This document shows positions 47,561 through 58,225 of a stretch of DNA of 64,000 bases, piece by piece. How positions within the stretch are numbered: position 1 is the first letter of the stretch; each line of letters opens with the position of its first letter. Origin of the DNA: Guillardia theta CCMP2712 (lineage: Eukaryota > Protista > Cryptophyta); the NCBI RefSeq assembly GCF_000315625.1, contig NW_005434654.1, positions 190,273-254,272 of the forward strand, read 5' to 3'. A program made the position numbers and the translations under genes. The notes under the pieces were generated by a model that was not told the DNA's origin, searched no databases, and saw nothing but the letters and a program-made list of their open reading frames with translations.

Positions 47561-48599
47561 GTCGAGGAAGTAGCCTGAGGCCAAACGGCGAGAAGAGAAA
47601 AGACAGCGAGAACCGTGGCAAACCTATTCCTGCCCGGCCAACTGCTGTCCCCCAACCTAACTGATACCTTCACTTAACTGCGCGCAGGACAGTTCCCCCG
47701 CACCATGCCAGCGACATCCTGATCGCTGTGGCCGCCGCCGAAGGAATGAGACTGATCGGACGCATACCGGAACGCACCCGCGATGATGGCAGCGAAGGAC
47801 AGCGACGAAAGATCCTGGACCGGACTCCGGGATGCGTTTGCACGTCGTCGGACCACCTGAGACGCGGAGTCTTGCGAGGCCGACTCCTCGCCGGAGTCGG
47901 AGACTCCCGACCATCTGAGGCTGAGCACGGTGATATTAAGTCACACGGACGGTAAAGGCTCCCGCCCGGCGTGAACGGCGGCGGCCCGGGCCGTCCGGGG
48001 ACGCCGTATCATCGGACTCAGTACGGTCCACTGGCCACGGGGGGCCCCCGCCGGACGGTGACTTAGCAACTCAAAGCCTAGTCACTCATAATTAAGCGGC
48101 GGCACAGCGGCAGTACGGTCAAGTCACTGACGGCGGCGGCCATACGGCGAGACTCGAGAAACTCCGCAACTTAGTTGAATCATAGTACACGGTGACCGTA
48201 CGGGGAGCTCTTGAACTTATCGGAAGTCGGAAGTTCCCCCGCATGCCCGGTGGGCCCGGCCTGAGCCTGCGGCACTGAGGCAGTGCCCGGCCGCCCGGGT
48301 GACTCAAACTGAGTCTGCCCCCGATCAACTTACCGGGCCGCGGCCCGGCCCGCCGCCGGGCGGCGTTGCCGCAAGTTTGTGGCAATGCGCGCTTGAGGAT
48401 TCCTTCTGCATGCTGCTCCTGTCCCGCCCTTCCTTATTACCATACCTCCTCCGTTCTCCACCCCTCCTCTCATCTATCGTTCACCTGTTCTGCATACATT
48501 CCATCTTTCAGGCCCTCCTTCCTTTGAGCCTGAACTCTGAATGCTTCCTTCACATTTCCTGTCCCATCCTCCTCCTCGATCATAGTGTCCTTCCTTTTC

Positions 48600-48698
48600 C
48601 TGATATGATAGACTTCCAACATTTTCTGAGTTAGGTTACTGCTTTTTCTCTGATATGATAGACTTCCAACATTTTCTGAGTTAGGTTACTGCTTTTTC
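48600..48698 (+). repeat. ~50-bp direct duplication in pyrimidine-rich DNA
   Basis: ctgatatgatagacttccaacattttctgagttaggttactgcttttt occurs twice. Confidence 0.9.
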
Positions 48699-49586
48699 GT
48701 CCTCTCCCGTCATCCATTCTTTTCCAAATCTTTTCCGATCTCTGAATTTGCATTTCACCTATATCTCCTTGTTTCCACATCCTTTTCCGTCCTTTCCTTT
48801 CAAGACCTCCTCTGCTTTCCCCCCTTCCCTTTCTCTTTTTCCCTCATTTTCTTTCCTCGCCTTCTTTCCTTGGGATTCCTACTCCTCCACTCTTGAACCA
48901 CCACCATCTCCTCCTTCCAATTGCCCGCTCCAAACTTGTCTTGATACAATCCATACGGCTGGTTACATGAGTGTTCTCCTTGCCATTCTGATTCTTAAGC
49001 CAATAATCATCAAAACACTGAACATTTTACTTTACCGATGCCTCTGGTAGTCTTCTTGCGAATGCTTGCTTACCCTGAATGCTCCTCTACACTGTTTCTC
49101 TCTGCTCTTATTCCGAATCCCGGCTTGGTAACCTTGCTTTATACTTGCTATCTTTTCTTTGTCTCCCCAACCCTATGCTGCTCGCTGATTTGCTTGTGAC
49201 TCTTAAAGCTTCTTCCTTGCCTTCCTCTCCAAATACCTTCCTCTTGATCACCTTCCCGTTCCCAGGCAGTGTGTGCAAATCCATCAGGCCGAGCATCAAG
49301 ATCAAACAGATCAAATTCTTATCATGCACTGATCGTCAGTTGAAGAGAGCACTTTGCATTTTTGGGTATTCGCTGCGTTGTTGTCGGTTCTGATTTCCTC
49401 GTTCTCCACACTGGATTTCCTCGTTCTCAACATAGTCATTTCAAGAAGACACTGGGTGGTTCGAAAGAAAGCGCAATGCTGAAAATTATGTCGAAATTGA
49501 ACACAGTACAATTTTGGGATCAAATCTTCAATGAATAGGAAAAAGAACAGAAGGAGTAACTACGATGCTAATCGAAGACACCTCCT

Positions 49587-52054
49587 TTACTTGCCAGCTG
49601 CTTGTCTGCGCTTGAGGTATTCTTCAAAGGACTCGGCAGGCCTGGTATATCGTTAGAAACTGCTTCACAAAACAAAAAGAAAACATACGGAATGTAGGTC
49701 TGCTTGGACTTGGGGTCGTTGGGGTCGAGCCTGGTCGAGACCGGGTCACGGGTGTGGGCCTTCTTCTCGCCGCCCCAGCCGGCGTCAGGGAGATCTCCGG
49801 CATCCTGTGCTGGCTTGCCCTGCAAACCATGGGTCAAAGATATCCTCAGGGCCAAGCATAATACATACCGCCATAACAGGGGCAGAGCTGTATGAAGAGG
49901 ATCTACTAGGAGTGTAGCCTGACGTCGAGTAGCTGATGCGATTTCCAGTTTGCTGCTGGAGCGAGGCTTGATAAGAAGAGAACGATGGAGCTGGAGCCGG
50001 AGCAGGAGCTGCTGCAGCTGGCGCTGGTGCGGCTGCGGATCCTCCCTGGCGTGCCTTCATGTACTCCTCGAACGACATCGCCGGCCTGCCTCCCTCGTCA
50101 GCCTCTCCCTTCTCTCCCTCCGTCTCAGTCACTCACGGCACGTAGGTCTGCTTGGACTTGGGGTCGTTGGGGTCGATCCTGGTCGAGACCGGGTCACGGG
50201 TGTGGGCCTTCTTCTCGCCGCCCCAGCCGGCGTCAGGGAGATCTCCGGCATCCTGTGCTGGCTTGCCCTGCCAACCGCAAGTCAGATCAAGGCAATAGGT
50301 AAGCAAGCTCAGCTACCGCAGGTTCATTGTACTGAGGAGCGTAGGAAGCAGCAGGGGCGGAGGCGGGGGCCGAGCGAGCTCCGGGAGTGTATCCGCCAGT
50401 GGTAGAGTAGCTCACGCCCCTGCTCGGAGCAGCCGAGGACTGGGGAGCGTAGGAAGGAGCAGCGCTGTACGAGGCCGAGGCAGCAGGAGCCGGGCTGGCC
50501 GAGCGGCCGCGAGGAGTGTATCCGCCAGTGGTGGAGTAGCTGATGCGTCCGCCAGAGGGAGCCGAGGACTGGGGAGCGTAGGAAGGAGCAGCGCTGTACG
50601 AGGCCGAGGCAGCAGGAGCCGGGCTGGCCGAGCGGCCGCGAGGAGTGTATCCGCCAGTGGTGGAGTAGCTGATGCGTCCGCCAGAGGGAGCCGAGGACTG
50701 GGGAGCGTAGGAAGGAGCAGCGCTGTACGAGGCCGAGGCAGCAGGAGCCGGGCTGGCCGAGCGGCCGCGAGGAGTGTATCCGCCAGTGGTGGAGTAGCTG
50801 ATGCGTCCGCCAGAGGGAGCCGAGGACTGGGGAGCGTAGGAAGGAGCAGCGCTGTACGAGGCCGAGGCAGCAGGAGCCGGGCTGGCCGAGCGGCCGCGAG
50901 GAGTGTATCCGCCAGTGGTGGAGTAGCTGATGCGTCCGCCAGAGGGAGCCGAGGACTGGGGAGCGTAGGAAGGAGCAGCGCTGTACGAGGCCGAGGCAGC
51001 AGGAGCCGGGCTGACCGAGCGAGCTCCGGGAGTGTATCCGCCAGTGGTGGAGTAGCTGATGCGTCCGCCTGATGGCGCTGCAGATGGAGAATAAGAAGCA
51101 GCGGGAGATGATGCTGCCGCAGCTGGCGCTGGTGCGGCTGCGGATCCTCCCTGGCGTGCCTTCATGTACTCCTCGAACGACATCGCCGGCCTGCCTCCCT
51201 CGTCAGCCTCTCCCTTCTCTCCCTCCGTCTCAGTCACTCACGGCACGTAGGTCTGCTTGGACTTGGGGTCGTTGGGGTCGACCCTGGTCGAGACCGGGTC
51301 ACGGGTGTGGGCCTTCTTCTCGCCGCCCCAGCCGGCGTCAGGGAGATCTCCGGCATCCTGAGCTGGCTTTCCTCCGTACGAAGGGGCCGCAGCAGCTGCT
51401 GGCTGGGCAGTGGCACCCTGCCTTTTCTTCATGTACTCCTCAAACAGAGATGGCTTCGAATCAGCTGACGGCTCAGCACGAGAGCTCTTCACAGACTTCT
51501 GCAACTTGCAAAATCAGAGAACAATCTTTGTTCAATGTAATGACCAACCAGATCCACAACGCCGCTGCCTGCAGAGAACGACGAACCGGAGATTGGTGCA
51601 ACATATGTTTGCGCAGTCTTGGACCCTGCAGACATTCTCAATGGATGATTTCAACATGTTTCAATTTGCATTACCTCCAGAATTACGTCTCTTCAAATAT
51701 TCTTCAAAGGATTCAGCAGGCCTAACAGATGTCAGATACTTTCTCAGTCACAACGAACTGCTTACGGAACGTAAGTCTGCTTAGCCTTGGGGTCACTTGG
51801 ATCCATCCTGGTAGGCTTCGGATCCCTGGTGTGTGCTTTCTTCTCTCCACCCCAGCCGGCATCAGGTAGATCTCCAGCATCCTGCGCAGGCCGATAGGAC
51901 ATGCGGAGGACAGTGGGGGCAGTGGCCTAGCACAATGTCGGCAAGGGATAGCAAGACAATCTTCTGTCATTGTACTTACCGAGGATACATGAGACCCAGG
52001 AAGCACAGGATTGACAGTGGGAGCAAAGGCTGCAGTTGGCAGCTTGGAGAGCAT
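49587..52054 (-). CDS. Multivalent repeat protein paralog B (4 modules, 5 FEEY helices, 7 stickers)
   Basis: Exon 1 52054-51980 reads MLSKLPTAAFAPTVNPVLPGSHVSS, spliced to ATAPTVLRMSYRPAQDAGD. Last exon PAESFEEYLKRRQAAGK*. Confidence 0.82.
50330..51070 (-). repeat. Coding tandem repeat, 129-bp/43-aa unit, 6 copies
   Basis: Period 129 (e.g. tccgccagtggtggagtagc at 50521 and 50650). Confidence 0.95.
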
Positions 52055-53498
52055 GGCGATCAACAAGCGGCGATGCGGTGAGGAATGGAGGGATCGTGGA
52101 AGGGCAAGATGAAGGGGATACCCCTAAGTGGGGGGAGGAAAAAAAAAAGAGAAAAATAAGGATTTTGGTGGGTGGTCAGGGAAAACGTGGGGTAGTCAAG
52201 TGGGATTCGCCAGGTGGGTACTACCTCTTAGAAGGTCGCGTTTACCCCCTTCCGATTCTCTTTACAGGTCCCAGAAGGGGTTGGTCCTAGGAAATCCAGG
52301 GGGTATTTGAAGGGAAGAAATGGGGTCCAAGGAGGTTCACCAGCCTTGATCTCAGCGTACTTTTACCACCTGTACCTGTCTTTTTGGGGTTATGAGGGGG
52401 TAGGGGGGTATTGTTTCAGGCTCGCCCCAGCACTAGAATCGCCCCCCCGCCTCAGATGTCCTCTAAGAGGTTCCTACCCCAGAACCCTGCCGATTCCCAT
52501 CAACCTGCAGGATTTCTACCCCCCTCCCTCCCCCCCCCACCCCCCACCCCCGGGTCTAGCTCCGGCAGGTATAAAGGGCTGCACCTGGTAAGCAGCTTCA
52601 AGAGAACCTAGGCCTTCGCCCCCGGCCCAGGAACCCGGGAGTTTAGACTCTTTTGGTCGGGGGTAGACACCGAGGGGTAGAATGGGTACCCCTCTATCGA
52701 TGATCGACACCTACTACATGTATTTCACCCACCCGTCGGTGAAAGGGGGCCCTTGCAAGCCAAGCAGTGCTGACCAAATGCCTCCCCCATTCCTTTTATG
52801 TCTAAACGCGTACTGCTTTAGCTCATTTTCGGTAGTGGGCGACCCTAGCCAGTAGAGACGCTTGTAAGGGATGAAGTACTTTAGGAGGTAGGAGGAGATG
52901 GGTACGTGGGTGGGGTCAATTTTTTTCATCTTTTTTTCTTTTTCTTTCTTTTTCTTTCTTTTTCTTTCTTTTTCTTTTCTTTTTTCCTCCTGTAAAAACC
53001 TTGGTGTATGCTTTCTTTTTTCCAACGATGGGATAATGGGGGGTAGGGGTGCTGGTAATATTATAACGTACCCGTGCTTGTGGCTTCTTCCTTCTAAGAG
53101 AATGACCCCGTGATACGAACCCTTTCCTCACGTGTACCCCTCGTTTCCGCCTTGTATCCCCTGTAAAAACAACCCCACCCCACCCTCGTGATGCCTAAAC
53201 TATATCCCACCCTACCTTATTTTCAACGACGCGTTTGGCATCCCCACCCCGTCATCAATGCAAAAGCCATGGTCACACCCCCTCGACGACATCGAATTTG
53301 GGGGTATTCGCAACCCTAGAGATGGCCTTGGGTCTCATGAATCTACCCCTACCCCCTTTTCGACTTCCATAGACCCCGACCCATCGGACTTCACCCTTAG
53401 AACTTTTCCCGAGTCCACCTCAGGTTTCTGACTACCCGTCTCTTTCACCAAAGACTACCCTACCAATCGTCACCTGCTACTCCCGCCGCAATCCCGCC
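52055..53498. promoter_or_regulatory. Divergent (bidirectional) promoter region between paralogs B and C, GGGTA/TACCC-rich
   Basis: Head-to-head ATGs at 52054 (-) and 53499 (+); tttacag at 52261; ctgtaaaaac at 52990 and 53161. Confidence 0.6.
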
Positions 53499-56400
53499 AT
53501 GCTTACGCCGATGCCATCAGCTCCCATGCCGGGCGCATACGCGACGGTGAGGGGAAGATGCAGATCAAATTCGTTTGCCGAAGATTTGAAAACTTGACTG
53601 TTGCCCCTGTGTTATGAAGAAGAAACTTTGTGAAATGATTTGTGCATGAAAATCACTGTTTCTCGTAGTTTCATTTTTTGACGATTCTTGTTGCTCTGTC
53701 AGGCCTCTGCAAGCACTATTCTCCGGATGTCATCTAGACCAGCACAAGACGCAGGAGATCTTCCAGATGCGGGCTGGGGAGGGGAGAAAAAGGCACATAC
53801 AAGAGACCCTGCTTCTACGCAAATCGACCCGGCGGACCCTAAGTCAAAACAGACATACATTCCGTAAGTTGCCTTCTGCAAGATCAGGATGCTTCTTGCT
53901 GAAACTTTCAAAACAAAGACCCACGGAAACCTTCGAGGAGTATCTCAAACGCAGACAGAGCTCTGGTGAGTACTGTGATGCAACGCGCCAGTAGCCATGA
54001 CAGGTGGTTGCCCAGCCCAGAAAGCACCGAATAGCGTTATCGCCCCAGTGTCAGGGCCCTTGCGTGCTGCATCAAGTGGTGTTGTGGATTTGGTGAGTTC
54101 GTTGACGGCCATGAAATTCTCGCTGATGCCTGGGTTGCAGAAGTCGGTGGCAAAATCAAGGAGCGAGAGTTCGAACGTTGAGCCCTCGACCAGACAGTAT
54201 GCATGCATGACACTATGGTGTGACAGTGTGATGGTCTCTCTTCAGGCAAACGGTTTCCTTCGACGAGTACATGAAAAGAAGAAATCAAGGTAAATAATTG
54301 AATCTCAACACGCAGTTGCAAAACTTGCCACACTGTTCACACTGCAAAACAACAGGGGAGAAGGCAAAACCTGCAAAGGCGATGGGTGAAGAAATGAGTA
54401 TATTCGAGAAATACATGCAGAACAAACAGAATCAAGCATCATCAGTAACTGTATGTGTATTGCTATCTCAATCTCCTGTAACCTGCCTTTTTGCAGAATG
54501 CACAGGATGCCGGAGATCTCCCTGACGCCGGCTGGGGCGGCGAGAAGAAGGCCCACACCCGTGACCCGGTCTCGACCAGGATCGACCCCAACGACCCCAA
54601 GTCCAAGCAGACCTACGTGCCGTGAGTGACTGAGACGGAGGGAGAGAAGGGAGAGGCTGACGAGGGAGGCAGGCCGGCGATGTCGTTCGAGGAGTACATG
54701 AAAAGACGACAAGATCAACTGAATGATTCACTTCAGGCAACATCAACAAACTCCAAGCCACAAACATCTACACCGCAAGCTAATCGAGTAAGCTACTCCA
54801 CCACTGGCGGATACACTCCCGGAGCTCGCTCGGCCAGTCCGGCTCCTACTGCCTCGGCCTCGTACAGCGCTGCTCCTTCCTACGCTCCCCAGTCCTCGGC
54901 TCCTCCGAGCAGAGGCGTGAGCTACTCCACCACTGGCGGATACACTCCTCGCGGCCGCTCGGCCAGCCCGGCTCCTGCTGCCTCGGCCTCGTACGGCTCA
55001 GAGCTGCCTTCAGCGAACTCCGAGTCCTCGGCTCCCTCTGGCGGACGCATCAGCTACTCCACCACTGGCGGATACACTCCCGGAGCTCGCTCGGCCAGCC
55101 CGGCTCCTGCTGCCTCGGCCTCGTACAGCGCTGCTCCTTCCTACGCTCCCCAGTCCTCGGCTCCCTCTGGCGGACGCATCAGCTACTCCACCACTGGCGG
55201 ATACACTCCCGGAGCTCGCTCTGCCAGCCCGGCTCCTGCTGCCTCGGCCTCGTACGGCTCAGAGCAGCCTTCAGCGAACTCCGAGTCCTCGGCTCCCTCT
55301 GGCGGACGCATCAGCTACTCCACCACTGGCGGATACACTCCTCGCGGCCGCTCGGCCAGCCCGGCTCCTGCGGCCTCGGCCTCGTACAGCGCTGCTCCTT
55401 CCTACGCTCCCCAGTCCTCGGCTCCACCGAGCAGGGGCGTGAGCTACTCCACCACTGGCGGATACACTCCTCGCGGCCGCTCTGCCAGCCCGGCTCCTGC
55501 TGCCTCGGCCTCGTACGGCTCAGAGCAGCCTTCAGCGAACTCCGAGTCCTCGGCTCCCTCTGGCGGACGCATCAGCTACTCCACCACTGGCGGATACACT
55601 CCTCGCGGCCGCTCGGCCAGCCCGGCTCCTGCTGCCTCGGCCTCGTACAGCGCTGCTCCTTCCTACGCTCCCCAGTCCTCGGCTCCCTCTGGCGGACGCA
55701 TCAGCTACTCCACCACTGGCGGATACACTCCCGGAGCTCGCTCGGCCAGCCCGGCTCCTGCTGCCTCGGCCTCGTACGGCTCAGAGCAGCCTTCAGCGAA
55801 CTCCGAGTCCTCGGCTCCCTCTGGCGGACGCATCAGCTACTCCACCACTGGCGGATACACTCCCGGAGCTCGCTCGGCCAGCCCGGCTCCTGCTGCCTCG
55901 GCCTCGTACAGCGCTGCTCCTTCCTACGCTCCCCAGTCCTCGGCTGCTCCGAGCAGGGGCGTGAGCTACTCCACCACTGGCGGATACACTCCCGGAGCTC
56001 GCTCGGCCCCCGCCTCCGCCCCTGCTTCTTCCTACGCTCCTCAGTACAATGAACCTGCGGTAGCTGAGCTTGCTTACCTATTGCCTTGATCTGACTTGCG
56101 GTTGGCAGGGCAAGCCAGCACAGGATGCCGGAGATCTCCCTGACGCCGGCTGGGGCGGCGAGAAGAAGGCCCACACCCGTGACCCGGTCTCGACCAGGGT
56201 CGACCCCAACGACCCTAAGTCCAAGCAGACCTACGTGCCGTGAGTGACTGAGACGGAGGGAGAGAAGGGAGAGGCTGACGAGGGAGGCAGGCCGGCGATG
56301 TCGTTCGAGGAGTACATGAAAAGACGACAGGATCAGAGCTATAGTGCCCTGGGTAGTAGCAGAAGTTCTCCCAATCTTTCAGCTTCGACAGCAGTCAAGT

Positions 56401-57006
56401 TCTCTCAGCCAGAAGACAATTCTCGCCCTGTTTCTGCAGCTGCAGGCAAGCGCATCAGCTACTCAACTACGGGAGGTTACGTTCCTCGAGGAAGGGCGAG
56501 AGACGATGAAGGGAGCTCTGACGGTTCCAACCCTCCTTTGTCTCCTTGTACAAGCTGAAATGATTTCCAGATCTAATCTCTTCAGCTCGAAATGAAGACT
56601 CTGAGGACGGATCTGTATCTGTCCTTAAGAACTCAAGGCCGGTTCATTTCTATCATGACTATTTATATCAGCGTCAAAAGTCAGGTGTCAACATGCAGGC
56701 GATCACACGTCCTTCTTCCTGACTTGATCGTTTGCTTTACAGTCATGGCAAAAATCTCTTCGGGATCGGAACAGAACGACCAGGTCGTGTATTGAGCGAA
56801 TCTTGTTGCTTTGTGAAAAAAAAGTGCAGGCGTTCAAGGCACAAGCGGCGCAGTGGTTGTACGACAAGAGATACTTCCAAACAGCAAGCACGAAGAAAAG
56901 CAATGCTCCGTGAGTGATTTGGTTCAAAGCTGCTGCTCCTGAGTTTTCTCCCAGGGATGCAGAGACGTTTGAAGACTACATGAAGAGAAGAGAAGTCGTG
57001 AAATGA
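53499..57006 (+). CDS. Multivalent repeat protein paralog C (3 modules, 6 FEEY-type helices, 11 stickers)
   Basis: Exon 1 MLTPMPSAPMPGAYAT spliced to ASASTILRMSSRPAQDAGD; final exon DAETFEDYMKRREVVK*. Exons at 56520-56910 are less certain. Confidence 0.8.
54785..56045 (+). repeat. Coding tandem repeat, 10 units with alternating 129/132-bp (261-bp higher-order) structure
   Basis: Spacers alternate SAAPSYAPQ and GSE[QL]PSANSE; gtacggctcagagc recurs at 54991 and 55252. Confidence 0.95.
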
Positions 57007-57252
57007 AATGGGGGGCATTCATGAGATACAGAACACCCTACTGCTTCCTCTGTACATTTCCAAATTCTTTCACATGGAGCAGGAGTATTCCTCATCCATT
57101 GTTGTATTCATTTTGCTCGTCTCTATCCTTCCACTACACAGGTCAAGCTCTTGACCCTAGATAGATGATCGTTGAACAAGAATGTGTAGTTTGTGATTTA
57201 CCGGGAACATGCATTTGCCTGCCACAGAATGTTTTGGAGTAAACGATTGCGA

Positions 57253-58119
57253 TCAACTCTCGTCTTCTTCTAGGTTGATGCTCTTGCCAAACTTGAGCGT
57301 CAGCCTGGCCTTGAGTTCCTTCATCCTCGACTTCACCTGTGCACATGGCTGATAAGTACCGGACGCGGGTCTTGAGGATAGTCTTACCGTGAGGATTTCA
57401 GCCTGCAGTTGGTTTGTTTCCCCTTCCACCTCCTCAATACACTTGTCGACATGCCCTTGCGCATCTTCCTGGTTCAGCTCAACGAAAGCTTCTCCGACAG
57501 ACAGCTGAAGAGGACATCAAACATCTGATAATGTTGAAGAAGTTCAAGTACTTTGACTGGTTCAGAATCATCGAGGAGCATCATAATCTCGTTACTGCAA
57601 TCTTGCAGGTTTTGGAGGTGGTCCTGCAAAATCTTCAATTGCATCAACCAAGCTTGAATATACCTTCTTGGACTTGATGTCATCCTCCAACTCATGGAAT
57701 CTGATGTTCAGTTTACTAAATTCGTTGATATCTGCCTGGAATGATACATGGCATTCAGATTGTCAGAACGTCGAACACTTCTGACTTGGTGTTCAGCCAT
57801 TTGATTTGATATCCTGCTTTCACGCAAGAAATGCATCCAAACAATAAAGCATTGACACGTTGATAGACATGCAATAATGACACATATATGTCATCGAATG
57901 ACCTCATTTTGGTCATCGCTCAAGAGAGGAGGAACCAGCTTAATCAAGTCACGACATCTCCTGTCCAGTCCGCAAACTCTCATCAGACACTTGGGACTGT
58001 CCTTGCAGGTTGTCCCTCATGCTGCTTCCTCCTCCTCTTACCGCCTCCCATGTCGCCTCTCTCACCTGATCTGCTGCCGTCACCTCCTTCTCCTCCCCTT
58101 CCTCGCCCGCCGCCATCAT
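57253..58119 (-). CDS. PFDN4: Prefoldin subunit 4
   Basis: Spliced product EVTAADQ|ADINEFSKLNIRFHELEDDIKSKK|..LQNLQDCSNEIMMLLDD..|VKSRMKELKARLTLKFGKSINLEEDES* matches the PFD4/Gim3 consensus. Confidence 0.88.
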
Positions 58120-58225
58120 GGTTCCCGCGCTTTCTCACAGAAAGTGTAACGATCGTAACGTTTAGTTTAAAATTGTTTTAAAACAACCCTCGTAACGACT
58201 GTAACTGAAGGAGGGCAGTTGGAGC

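Noticed and set aside
48390-49500. Possible LINE/retroelement remnant
   Set aside because: Strand-biased purine-rich DNA with short ORFs, but no RT or endonuclease motif that I can support.
54626-54672. ORF-track N-terminus MTETEGEKGEADEGGR (also at 45192, 50132, 51237, 56244)
   Set aside because: It is read-through of the repeated intron gtgagtgactgaga...gaggcag; splicing it out joins KQTYVP to PAMSFEEY in frame.
50330-56045. CRISPR-like appearance of regularly spaced repeats
   Set aside because: The intervening sequences are themselves repeated, unit lengths are multiples of three and in frame, the context is eukaryotic and there are no cas genes.
44407-57006. Identification of the repeat module as CP12 or a phycobiliprotein alpha subunit
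   Set aside because: No AWD.VEE motif or Cys pairs, and no AP.I.IFD.R.C motif.
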